Shown in pieces: positions 14,001 to 26,643 of a stretch of DNA of 64,000 bases (its first letter is position 1; the number at the start of each line of letters is the position of its first letter). The translations under genes and the position numbers were made by a program. Under the pieces are notes generated by a model, which made no database searches, was not told where the DNA came from, and saw nothing but the letters and a program-made list of their open reading frames with translations. The stretch comes from Bigelowiella natans CCMP2755 (lineage: Eukaryota; Protista; Cercozoa), in contig ADNK01002290.1 of assembly GCA_000320545.1 (NCBI GenBank), positions 1 to 64,000 on the forward strand, in the 5' to 3' direction.

Positions 14001-15422
14001 GGAGCACTCATTGAGTCTCTTCAAATTGTTGTAAAAAATCTCCCACATATTGCTGAAGCTTTTGAGAAAGAGAAACTTCTGTTCTTATACCAGCTTCTAG
14101 ACTCCAAGTTTGTATCGATTAAAAAAAAAGCACTCGAACTTCTAGTTGCTTGCGCAAAAGAAACTGCAATTAGCGCTGCTATGGGACAGCTAATTCGGTA
14201 CTGTATTCCTCTTCTTATTCAAGGAGACACTGAGGACATCATGGTCGAATCGTTGCAGTTGTTGCGTGAACTTATAAGGAGATCATCACCAGTAGTAGAG
14301 CAGATTCTCAACCTTGGTGCCCATGCAATTCTAATCCTAATTTGCTTCGGGAGATTTAAAAATTGCACCAAGAAGGTATCATCAATTTAATTGAGCAATA
14401 CTTGTTGCATGGTTCATTAGTACAAACGAACTCACGTCGGGGAAAAGATGTCAGATACGATACCTTCCAAAATTAATTTTTAGGTAAAGAATGAAACTTG
14501 CCACCTCATTGGAGCGATGTGCAATGACGCTACAAATGGCACTCTAGCCTCTGATGGGTTCTGCAAAATTCTGACGGAGGGTATATTACACTAGAAGCAT
14601 TGGTGGTGTATAAAAGTATTTATATAAGGTAGCAAACGCTGTAACAATCCTTCGTACAGGTTTCAGGACCAAATTTCTTCAGAAACCGGAGATGCTGCTG
14701 GCATTCTTCACCGTGGTAGCTGCTAAAGCGTACGATATAATACATGATATAGCTGTTAATATGAAAGCGTACGATATGATACATACATTATGTGTAAATG
14801 TGTGTGTGTGTGTGTAAAATATGTATATATTCTCAGTTCTCAGTTAATGTCATTAAAATATGATGGTGTCTTCCAAAGGATCACGAGGCGAAGGAAAGAA
14901 AATGGAATGGAGACAATCGCGACCGAGTCATAGCTGTGTTAGAAAAACAGGTCTGGCGAAGATAATTTTAACCGTTGCCGTTTTGATGACTCGGAGAGTT
15001 ATACTTCATTATGCAGGTTCCTGAAATGGTGACAAAAATGAAAGATTGGCGAGGGGAACGATTGTTCAATGATGGTATTGGCAGCTATTGGATTATGTTG
15101 TATGTTTAGCGCGAGCATTTGATATTTCTATTTTTTTTTTCAGAGGAAATCTCGAAGGTTTGGCCGAAATCTGTGGAGGAACAGACTGAAGAAAAAGAAA
15201 ATACGGAGAATCAGCCTGCTAAGGAGGAAAAGGTCATTCCGGCACCTGTTATCCTTTTTGTCTCTGTACTAACCGTGAATATACCACAGGGGAACGAGAA
15301 TGGTTCAGTTGAAAAGTCTGCGGAGGCTTCTCAGGTAACAATTCAATATTCAACAACCACAATTACGATTACGAGATTTTCACTAATCGAGGAATCTTAT
15401 TCAGATTGGTGGATCTGCGTAA
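8001..15422 (+). CDS. RME-8/DNAJC13 (GRV2)-like armadillo protein with IWN repeats, apparently lacking the J, GYF_2 and N-terminal PH-like regions; about 20 short introns
   Basis: Segments match DNAJC13 as recalled: LLADQNQSISNLMRKILPGSLI, ARLIWNSKFKLTL...FEVLYPQLRDEYEVGGFYLRLLL, FVDSNGIQTLV, DPSCIWGPKQ...YPSLQDELCVGNIYLRLL, YILKAQALL, TPTIIWTDAIRNELRDFI, DPKVYWTKEVR and QLCVGEIFV. The start is ATG GGA GGC AAC AAT TCG (MGGNNS) at 8001, and the last exon reads IGGSA-TAA, ending at 15422. Confidence 0.85.
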
Positions 15423-15650
15423 TGGATTCACATATCAAGTTTATGTTGAAATCATTACGAAAATTCTTATTGATCGCATCTCCGTGATGATCCATCGCCA
15501 CCTATTTGGACATTGAACATCATTTGAACACACATCTAGACGTTTTTGTGTAGAGATAGTTGGCTTGCATAGTTGGCGTGCAAAACTCAAAACAACCTTA
15601 AACGCAGAAGGAAGCCATAAGCAATAAATATTTCCAAATATTTACATATA

Positions 15651-15692
<42 letters not shown>

Positions 15693-15779
15693 CACGCTGC
15701 TTTGCATAGCTACTAGGATGACCATTTGAAAGAATTCAATTACGTTGTCTATAATTTAATCGATGCTTCACATCCGTCT

Positions 15780-15850
15780 CATACATCTAGATATGCATAT
15801 CTAGATGCATGCATGTGTGTGTGTGTGCATATATGCATATATGCATATGA

Positions 15851-15886
<36 letters not shown>

Positions 15887-18240
15887 ATATGCCAGATGAC
15901 ATGTGGCTTGACGTGCAGAAACACATGTCTAGATCTCCACATCTAAGAATGTCTGCACTGTGAATGTCAATCTAGCAATGTGATGACCACACGATGAATG
16001 GATGCTAGCATGTCCCACGCAATTCTAGAGTTGTCAGCAGAATCCACACGCGCACGGCCTGACGACGCTACACGTGATTCTGTGGACGAGCAGTAGCCAT
16101 GTCTAGCACGTGGAGTTAGCTAGCTATAGCTAGCTAGCGACGAGATCCCTAGGTCTCACATGACAGTTGCACGTCTGTGTGCGTGCTCCAGCAATCTGGC
16201 ATTGCTAGATTGCTAGACTGTGCGTGGAGCAGTCACATGCCAGCATGCTTGCATGCAAGCGGTGCACATCATTCTGGAATTCTAGTTGGCATGCTAGCAT
16301 GGTGCATCGATCATGCTAGCATGTGCACGTGTCTAGGTGTGTGTGCAAGCTGCGCTGTTGATCGACTCCATCCAGCTAGCCAGGCTAGCTAGCTAGCAGT
16401 TCCAGAGTTCACCATGGCTAGCTAGCTCGTGCATTCGCGTCGCAATTGCACAGTTTTGGCTCGCTAAGTCACTCCAAAGCACATGATGCACTCTTGGGCA
16501 CAACAACTGGTGCGTGCCATTGTGACCACATCTGCTGTCCAGAAGTCTGGATGCCTGAGTGTGACTGCTGGGTTGCGCCCAGTGCCGTCTTTGTTTCCGC
16601 CGCTTTCTAGCTTTGCCTTGCGCGCTCATGGCAAATTGATTCAATCAAATCCAAACAAAACAACCCTGTTGAAAATTGCAAACTCAGCTCAACAACGTGT
16701 GGCCAAAACACAGTGCAATGACCGCTTGCCCTAGCCGGCTTGCCTGCGGGTCGTTCCTCGGATTTTGTTGATTGGAGGCAACAGACCCGCAACCGCCTTT
16801 TTGGCAAACCACTGCACACACCAAATTTGCTTCACAAATCACCAGTGCGACTTTGCCGGTTGGTCCGACACCAAATTTGTCGGCTGAAATTGACCAAAAA
16901 CCAAAAAACCCTGCGAAATCTGCTTTTCGCTTTTCAATTTCAGTGAGCTCAATTTTGCGAGCCCCAAACTGAGATGTCTAGATGTGTCGCCATGGAGTCT
17001 GTTGAATTCCAAATTCCAAATTGATGCGTGCACACAAATGCATGCGAGCATGAGCGCATGACATGCACAGCAAGTGGGTCTTCACCACAGCTAGACAGGC
17101 TAGCAGGCCTGCGTCCGAGTCACGCTAGCACGTGACAACAGTCTAGCAGTCGACCCTTGAGTCACTGAGCATGCTCAGTGGTGCTGCACAGAAAGCTAGA
17201 AAGCCCTTCTAACTGGCTAGCTAGCCTTCCCCCCATCTCCCACACCGAAACACATGCCAGCACGCTGCTGACATCAAAATCAGCAGATTGTCGACTGCAC
17301 CTAGGCATTGTGTGATCACGCTAGACGCACTAGCTAGCTAGCTGCACTAGTGCACTAGCACATGCATGCTGGCATGCAACAAGTAGCGATCTAGTGATGG
17401 CGATCTAGCTAGCTAGCGATGTGATGTCTGATTGCTCACCCATCTAGCCATGTGTGCATGTCTAGACATCTCTTGTAGATCTAGACATGCTAGCATGCAT
17501 GTGTGCTGCATGCACCTAGCTGCGAACGTGTCGTAGCTAGTTAGCATGAGCTGCAGCATTGCGCATGCCAGCATGCTAGCATGGCTGCCCATGTTGGCAT
17601 GTGAGCGTCAAGCGCTGCATGCTAGCTAGCATGTCTAGGTGCATTTAGACACATCTAGATCTAGATGCTGCACGCAATGTGCAAGCAACAAGCTAGCAAG
17701 GCGACAAACTAGCTAGCTAGCATGTGATGGAAGGAATACCGAACAATGTGATGGACATGTCAATGGCATGGGCGGACTGTCATCTACGCAGTCAGCAGAA
17801 AGTTGCAGTCTGCAACATGCTAGCATGCTGCTAGCATACGATACATGTGCTATTTTGCATGTGCGCACCTGTCTAGCTGCGGTGCCATCATCTAGTCATA
17901 GCTAGCACCAATATGAAATGCTACATGACACATCTGTACCTAGCTAGCTAGCTAGTAGAGCTAGAGCAAGCCATGCTGGCATGTCTATTAGTCCATTGCT
18001 GCTACACATGCTAGCTAGCTAGATGCACCGATGACAAGCGTGCGTAGCCTCGAGGATGGAACAGCATGCCTGAATGCAATGAGCCACTGACCTCTGCTAG
18101 ACCTGTATGCCACATCTAGACACCTAGACATATCTAGACATATGCAATGGGCTTTCGATGTCCGTCTAGCTAGGTATAACAATGCTGCGGGGATTACGCA
18201 TGCACACCTCTAGACATGTCCATGATTGCAGTTTATGCAT
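15780..18240. other. TpA-depleted, CTAG-rich island 2 (spacer between convergent genes)
   Basis: In 15890-17735 every TA is in a CTA or TAG context: about 58 CTAG and 13 others by manual count. The edges grade into normal TA-rich DNA. Confidence 0.9.
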
Positions 18241-18443
18241 ATCACTGTGAAAGAACAAAATAGTAATACACATGAAATGAGGTCGATTTTGTGTATGTAT
18301 GAGCTCTATCTATTAAATTATATCTAGTCTGTGCGTCGGTGTGCTAGTTTAGCTCCTTCCCCCCAAATTTAGCATTTTCTTGTTATATATTTTTTTGTAA
18401 CTTGTGAGCTCAACTCTTTTCACCGAAAAGCGGAATAATTTTC

Positions 18444-19237
18444 TCAGCAACACCACATCTGGACCCCCATTTACGAATTACATCCTCTATCGATTTCAGT
18501 TTGCTTGGCAGCCTTTGGATAAATTGTGTTAGTTAATATATTGACATTTTACTTTACAATTTACCTCTTTTTCCATGTTAGCAATGCAGAAATAAATTGC
18601 CATACTGCCTCATCAGGAGTCAGTCTCAACTTTGCCTAGATTTTTTATGAAGGATTAGGCTAGCAATATTCGTTCGATGAATTAGTGAATATACCACAAT
18701 TGGAAGAAGATTGCGTATCATGTTATCATCCAGCATTCTGGCTGCCCTCTTTGAAAAAGGAAAATAGAAAGTAGCAAATGAATTATGAGTTAATTAAAAT
18801 ATTTCGTATGATAAACATATATCTTACCGCGAGGAAAGCCATGATCACTTCTTGAGCTACTCCAGAAGCCTTTATAGCTCCACTTAAAACCTTTAGCATG
18901 CCTATCTTTATAGTCATCGTCTCTCCAAGCATCTTTGCGGCCATCTGCATGGGGAAGCAAGGTCCACTTACTTACCAACTCATTTTGTGGTTCAAGTGGT
19001 TGTTCAAGAGGAAGGTTGTTAAATTTACAACACATCAGCCGGTAGGTACCATTTGAGCAATCGCCGTATAAAAGACATTAAGAGCAGCTCCTTGCATCTA
19101 TATTTGGTATGAGGCAAACAATCAATTTCGACGGGCAAAGAGCGTATTATGAGATACAATGGGAGTGTTGGTAGATGATGAGTCGTCTTATTATACACAC
19201 ATCACACATTAAATAGTTGATATTATATAACGAATAT

Positions 19238-19274
<37 letters not shown>

Positions 19275-22198
19275 TGATATATTTATAGGGAGAGAGAGGG
19301 AGAGAGACAAATGTTTTGAGGTACAATAACCTTAGGTTTTGGAAAGTCTTCTGAAACCATGAGGGTTCGTGCATTATGTGACAGCAGAAGGAGCTTTGAT
19401 AATGCTGTGATTTCCTTGCACTAAATAAATTATCATGAGTACACCTCATCGACGAGTCTTTGACACAGACATGGTCATTTTAATTTCAAATAATACGTGA
19501 TATATTTGTTGCGAGCAACCTCATTTGGCAGTCTTCTATTTGAAACCTCTGCTTCCAGCAATCTTACTATATCCCTACGAAGCGTGAGTAATTTTCGAGA
19601 AAAAAATGATAGGCATATTGTATTATTTTTTCCTTTCATGTGTCTGATCGACGATGGAAGTAGTATTTTAATCTTTAAGTGTTATTTATATGTAAACACC
19701 ACCTTCGTAGCAACGTCCGGATCTCAGGATGTGCTAAAATCATAGCCATGTCTCCTAACACCTTTTGTAGTAGTAGAAGAGGTTTAAGTAGATTCTACGA
19801 AAAAAGTGTTTCTTATTTATAATGTACTGGGTGCCTCGAAGGAACTTCTGATATCATCCTCAGCATTCTCTAATGATGTGAGAACTTGTTAGATATTTCA
19901 CCAAATTCAGCAGAGAAGAAAATAACCTCAGCATTTGCATGAGATATTTGCCTCTGCGATTTGCACTCCTTTAGAACCCTAAATGATGATAACAAACCAT
20001 CATATTTTTACGTAACAACCACATGCATTGCTCTTGATAGCTCCAACTTCAAAGGGGGTTATTAATGGCTAATGTTGTTGTTGGAGAGTATTTTAAATGT
20101 AGTTTACATTGCTAATCTCTGGCACGAGTCTTTATTTACATTTCCTTTTCCCTGTAAACATAAACGTATTAGCGGTGTCAATTCCGATGCCATGTTGTCA
20201 TTGACATCTACTGTGCCTCACTTATAGGAAACTACTATTTTTACTACTTTTATTCGGTATTCGTCCAAATTTTTATTCGAACCAAACGCAGTCGTATGGC
20301 GACCGGATGGATGATGCAACAATGGTTACTCTTAGCTTTATCAACACGTGTCAGGGTAAAACATATTTCTTCTTGGAGTGACCGAATCCAGTCATCGAAG
20401 ATTTCACACGGAAAATAAGTATCATCCTCCACAAGCAACGACAACATATATCTAAAATTATTTTACCCTCATTTTGTATGCACACCCGAGAAGTAAGTCC
20501 AGACGCAAACGACAGTAGCTACAACATAAATGATGACGCAATGAGAATATCTGAAACAACACAAATCTGATTCGTCAAAAATCTACTTATAGTTATCCAT
20601 TTGTTTGAATCCGCCGCGTGTGATACCCAATATTGCCTGAAAACAAAAGGAAACATGACACACAACAAAGCAACCAGATATTGTCATATGAAATCTGTAA
20701 ATTTGATCATCCATTATGATCTTCAGAAATGCACAATTTATCCATTAAAATTAAATCGTTACATGATACAAGTTCCCACTGTACTGTCCTGCTTCGACCA
20801 GTTCCTGAGAGTGTTGTTTATATTGTATTTTATTCAATAGTATGCCTACTTTAGTAGTTTTTCTATGTTGCAGCACCGTGAGGGGATCTCCTCTTTCGTC
20901 CTCTTCCTCGCTTTTAGCAAGAGAAGGCGCTGACGATGACGACGACGACGACGAATGGGATTTTCCAGCACCACTAATACCACCAGCAATATTTTTACTC
21001 GTCCTCGTCTTTGTCTTTATTCCGCGGCGGAGTTCTCTCTCAAATGAGCGAGTATATCTCACCACGACCTCCCTCAGCTGACGAAGACCATAATCTCTGT
21101 TCTGTTCCCACACCTAAATTATGCACTTGGGTTTGGCTTCGAATCAATTATTCTATAATTCCTCTATGATAGATCGTTATCCTTCATATTCTGCAACTTC
21201 TACGCACATGAATAAATCACCACCAAGACAGCACAATATATATACTACTTGATACTTAGCCCAATCTGGGAGGTACAAGTCTTGACCCTTAAACTTTCTT
21301 GGAAATTGAGAAACTAGTTGATCTGGCATTCTTTGCTGCTTCATGAGACTTAGTGCCTGAAGGAGATAATAATCAGGAAGACAAGACATGTGGCAAACAT
21401 GGTAGTCTCATTAATGGAAAAACTGGTTGCACTCACAACTAGAAGCAACAGCGATTAGAAACTTTTATATGCGTATCTGTGGTATTCGGGAAGACTCGTG
21501 CATCTTACCTTATGCACAATTGGCCTTAACTCATACACATGAGCATATGGAAGCGAATTTGCCAGCAGTTTCTGAAAGAAAACGTAAATATTGTGATAAT
21601 GGTTCTTTACAATTGTTTCATTAAACGGTCCGTTGTCACCTCTCTCTCGTCAGCACTTAATGATGGAATTCTTTTTAAAATCTTTTCCATCAACTGTTAC
21701 CATAAAGCAGATAAAATTGAATTTAAAACAACCTAGTCAAATTCCCGTCCATTTCTTAGTATAAATTCAGTTAATACCACCCTGTCTAAAATGTGACTGT
21801 ACACAGATCCCCGTCCAACTCCCATTGAATCCAGAAACTCTAGCATCTGAAGACTCATTATGGTTATGATTATTGAGGAGAAGATGTTTTCTAAATCATC
21901 TGAATTTACTACAGGAGTCAGATCTTCGATCTCCAGTCCATTTTTCCTCTGAATGACTGTAATCTGGTCGGGCCCATCAGCCTTTCATTTTATGTGTTCT
22001 CTCAGAAACGTTGCTGTAGTTTTTCCATTATTGTGTATAATTATGAACATTGTGATCATAGATTACCAGATCCTTCGCCACGCTCTTCGCTCCTGTACTT
22101 CCTATGTAGTAGTCCCTTCTTCTTCCGGTCTAAACGGAACAAGATATTAAAGACAGGAGAGAAATTTTGTGAATAGGTACCTTTCTGCGCTTCTTCAT
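18444..22198 (-). CDS. NELFB: Negative elongation factor B (NELF-B/COBRA1) homolog, multi-exon
   Basis: Spliced peptides IQRKNGLEIEDLTP-MLEFLDSMGVGRGSVYSHILD, LMEKILKRIPSL, KLLANSLPY, ALSLMKQQ, VWEQNRDYGLRQLREVVVRY and YCRLRLDLLL are colinear with recalled NELF-B segments (FQTENGVLLPSL..LPFLDLHG, LLEKSF, IWQDNQ, HYCTLRAELL). The start (MKKRRK at 22198) and stop (...KWGSRCGC-TGA at 18444) are approximate. Confidence 0.72.
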
Positions 22199-22521
22199 TC
22201 TACAATGGTGTCTCTTCTCCTATTACAGGCACACCATGAATGAATCAGCCAAATGATCAACGTCAAGAGTTTTTGCGCACACCTGTGCCCTCTCCTTCCT
22301 CCTCTACTTGGAGAACCTAACCCTAATTTTAATTTTGATCCTATCGTTATCAGTGCCATTTTAGCGTTGCGACACACAGAAAACAGTAGAACCACAAAAA
22401 TCTCCGGTGATATTAAATTTGACCAAAAAACTAGGAGAACCAACCAACCAACCCTAAGAAAGCAGAAGCTCTTCCCCCTGCTCGCACCTGCTTGCTTGGT
22501 GGAAGAGCTTTGCCTTTTTCC
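22199..22521. promoter_or_regulatory. Putative short bidirectional promoter between NELF-B and HRQ1
   Basis: The inferred starts are head-to-head and about 320 bp apart. The spacer contains AACCCTAA motifs at ~22319 and ~22450. Confidence 0.4.
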
Positions 22522-23665
22522 ATGAACTCTTCAGAGAGCAGGATGGATGATAATTCTAAATGCTGGGATGTGTGGTCAAATAAGGTTGAGAAGCTTTTCA
22601 GATCGCTTCTAGGGGTTTATTCTCTGTTTTACGAACGGGGGAGCACCTGCACCTTGGAGGTCATCGGTGATACCGGTATTAACTACATCGTGTTAACGAT
22701 GGTAGCTTCTAATGATGATATAGATAAGGTGATTTAATTGTTACGCATAAAGTTAAAAAGATGTCTGGTGGGCTATCCTTCGATTTGCGGACCCTGCAAC
22801 TTCTAAGAGAAATCTATCCCAAATTGGTCACTTATCGGAGGGCAACTGATGAGGTTTCTGTGTTGGTGAATGTTTATTTGGATGCCGTCATTAAATTTTG
22901 AAACCTGACAGGGAAAGGCTCGGAATGGATATGAAATATATCTTCGTTTTGATCGCGAAGGCGCATTAGCCACCCTTGATCCGAGTTTTGTGCAAAAGAA
23001 TAAGAGATCCCGAGGAAGTGATCAACGCTTTCATTCGAACACACATCGACGCCAAAATATGAAGGCAATTTACAAATTACTTATTCACATATGCACTTGA
23101 CATACCAGTATTATCATTGTTACTCAGAGACGAGCAGATGTGGTGGTTTCTGTATTTCTATCGAAGCTTCGGCGTTACGTTCACATGAAAAACTTGACTA
23201 CGAATGGATCGGGAAAATGTTTCAGGCAACCACCCCTACTATGCGACAGCGATGATCTTAAGACAGCATATACACAGTCATCTTCTTCTGAAAATTATAC
23301 GAAACAGAGTTGGGATGGTTCAGAAGTCACGGTTCGAAACTTTCTCCACTACGTAAAGGAGGCATGTGATTTTTACAAGGATCAACTTGTGGAGTATGTA
23401 GACGTACCAGCTAATTCTGGGGATCATGCACCAGAACTATTGGCCGAAAAGTGTATACCTCCAAGTATCCAAACAGCTCTCTCTCGACTTGGGATTGTGA
23501 AATTATACTCTCACCAAGCTAGGGGAATAAAACCTCTTTTAAACCGCGATATTCAAAGGTGAAGTGTTGTGATAATGATATGCAGGAATAGTGGAGGGAA
23601 AAATAAGGGGCGTAGATACGTACATGTGCATAATACCAAACAGACAAACGGAGCATATGTGCCCG

Positions 23666-23707
<42 letters not shown>

Positions 23708-24712
23708 GAGGAGAGGAGTGTAGGGTAGGGAAAGATAGAAAGTGGGGACATACCAAGAAGTGCAATCTATATATTTAAATTCATGAATTACCTTTCTTTA
23801 TGATATGAAGGCATGTGGTGTGCACAACATCTACATCGAGTGGAAAGTCGATGATCTATACCATTCCTATTGTGTCTGAGTTAATTGCTGATCCAAACTC
23901 AACGACACTGCTGCTGTTCCCAACAAAAGCTCTTGCTCATGATCAACTAGCGTCGTTACGGCGATTTTGCACTTTTGCAGGGCTAGAAAATGCTTCAAAT
24001 CTCGTGAATGCATTCGATGGTGACACCAAGCGAGCTGATAGACCTCTTATTAGAGATACATCAAAAATAATCATCACAAACCCTGACATGTTACACTGTA
24101 CAATCATGCCAATGCACGAAGAATGGAGCGACGTCCTCAAGAATGTCAAGTTCATTGTTATAGACGAGGCACATGCTTACACTGGGGTGTTTGGGAACCA
24201 TGTTTCTCTTGTTATAAGAAGGCTCCTGAGACTTTGTCACCTGAGAAAAGCGAACCCTCGTGTGATATGCTGTTCTGCAACCATTGCTAATCCGGTGCAG
24301 CACATGGTTCACTTGACAGGTGTGGCAGCAGGGGAGATTGTGACTGTTGATATGGATGGTTCTCCAAAGGGCGCTCGAATATATGGTTTTTGGAACCCCT
24401 CATATCTAGCCGCTACAGCTGTCGATGATCTAGACATTGTAGCAGCAGCTACGAACAGCCCTCATGGCAGCAATTCGGCTATACCCTGGAATAGATCGTC
24501 GATGACTGTTGGATGTGAAGAACAGACTTGTCTAAACCTTCACCAAAGGATGAGGAAGAAGAAGCAGAAGAAGAAGAAGAGAGAAAGCACCAGATGTAGC
24601 ACTGAAATACGTGGCAAGAAAATGAGAACGAATAATGATTCCGCGTTAAATGTTAAGTCACAGGTGAGAAAACATATTACAATAGATGTAAATGCAAACT
24701 GAGAAATATTAG

Positions 24713-24748
<36 letters not shown>

Positions 24749-25800
24749 CAACTTTTATACTCAGGAACATGGATCCATCGTCACATATGGTCGTCGTAGT
24801 CCGTACACGGAAGCTGCATGCTTGCTTTCCGAGCTTATCAAACACAACTTGCGCTCAATTGTGTTTGTCAAAGCAAGGCATGTGGCTGAGCTGGTTCTGA
24901 AACGCACTAAAAATAGGCTACCAGGGCATCTTCAATCAAAAGTAGCATCATATAGATCAGGGTAATCAATTTTGAATGCATTACTCTTTGTGAAGGCCGA
25001 GTGCAAAAAATAGGAATAAAATCACATTTCTGCCGCCATATTATTGTAGGTATCTGGCATCGGAGCGACGGAGGTTAGAGGCAGCAATGGTGGACGGAAG
25101 TTTGGTTGGAATGGTGGCCACCAATGCTCTTGAGTTAGGCATTGATATTGGTATTTTAGATGCCACTTTGCATGTTGGATTTCCAGGTTGTACCACTACT
25201 GCTGCTACTGCTCTTACTATTACAACACCTACAACAACAACTACTTTTACTACTATGATTAAATTGCGGCACATCTTCCAAAAACTGCATGGAGGTTAAC
25301 AGTATATATTAATTACAACTGTAGGGACAAAGTCAAGCTTTCTTCAACAAGCAGGAAGGGCTGGAAGAGGAAGTAGAGACGCCTTATCAATTCTGATAGC
25401 GATGGATTGTCCAATAGACCAATTTCTCATCAACAATGCAAAACGTCTTCTATCGACCGACTTAAAGTCTGCCGTTGCTGATCCAACTAATACTCAACAA
25501 CTCAGCCACCATTTAGTTGCTGCAGCGTGGGAACATCCGTTGAATATCATCGGCAAAGATCAATTGTATTTCGGATCTAAATTGAATGAAATCGTGCTGC
25601 ATTTATCCTCTCGTGGCCAATTAAAAAGACTTAAAGATTCTACCAAATATTTATGCGAAGCCGAAGTTTCGCCAGCACGATTGATGGGCATTAGAGATGT
25701 GAGCGAGGACTCTGTTAGTGTTATTGATGCAGCAACCGGCCGTACTGTGGAGATAATGGACTCAGATGCTGCTCCTTTCAAACTGTAATGCCACCACCAC

Positions 25801-25835
<35 letters not shown>

Positions 25836-26643
25836 ATGTATTTCTTCTCTTCTTCTTATTATTATCAGGTACGATGGTGCCGTCTACATGCACCAGGGTT
25901 CTACCTACGTTGTGAAGCAGTTGGATTTAGATTCCGGTGTATGCCGGGCTTCGAAGCAAAACGTAGATTATTACACAGAACCAAGACATCACACTAGAGT
26001 TGCAATTCTTGGTGTGGAAAGGTGTTGTCGTCTAAATATGTTGTCGTCATCTATGGAACAGCGGCCCCCAAAAGATTCAGTTCTAGTGCATTCAGGAGGC
26101 GTGAACATATCACACCATTTTTATGGGTATAATAAAAGGGGTAACGGTGATAGCAAAATACTTGAGAAGGTGGACATGTGTCATCTTCCAGCTGTGGAGT
26201 ATACTACAAGAGCTGTATGGATTCAACTACCAAATGTAGTGAGGAGAAAGCTCAGAAAATTAGTAGGTATAGATCCCGATCAGTATGCAGGGACATTGCA
26301 TGCTATCGAACATGTAATTGCTAGTTTATGCCCTCTCGTAATTAGTTGCGACTCTCTTGATCTAGCGGGTCAGTGCACCAGAAGGGATTCAGACCCTTGC
26401 ATTCATCTTATACTCCTTTACGAGAGGCAAAGAGGTGGAATTGGCATCATATCACAAATAATGGACAAAATGAAAGAGCTCCTGGAAATAGCACAGGAAA
26501 GAATCATAGCTTGTACATGTAAACGAGGATGTCCAACCTGCATTCATCATCCACGGTGTCTTGACCACAATGAAGGTCTTCAAAAGGAGGCAGCTATAGC
26601 AGTTTTGAAGTTGATTCTTAAATATTGTTATGAAAAGAAATAG
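22522..26643 (+). CDS. HRQ1: Hrq1/RecQ4-like DEAH helicase with a C-terminal DUF1998 zinc domain
   Basis: Motifs LYSHQARGI, TSTSSGKS, FPTKALAHDQ, DGDT, TNPDMLH, DEAH, SATIANP, VATNALELGIDIG and QQAGRAGR are present. The DUF1998 region reads TLHAIEH...LYERQRGGIG...CTCKRGCPTC...C. Stop TAG at 26641-26643. Confidence 0.93.

Noticed and set aside
22314-22457. AACCCTAA motifs as an interstitial telomere or a proven telo-box
   Set aside because: There are only one or two units each, which is too short to distinguish from chance without genome-wide enrichment data.
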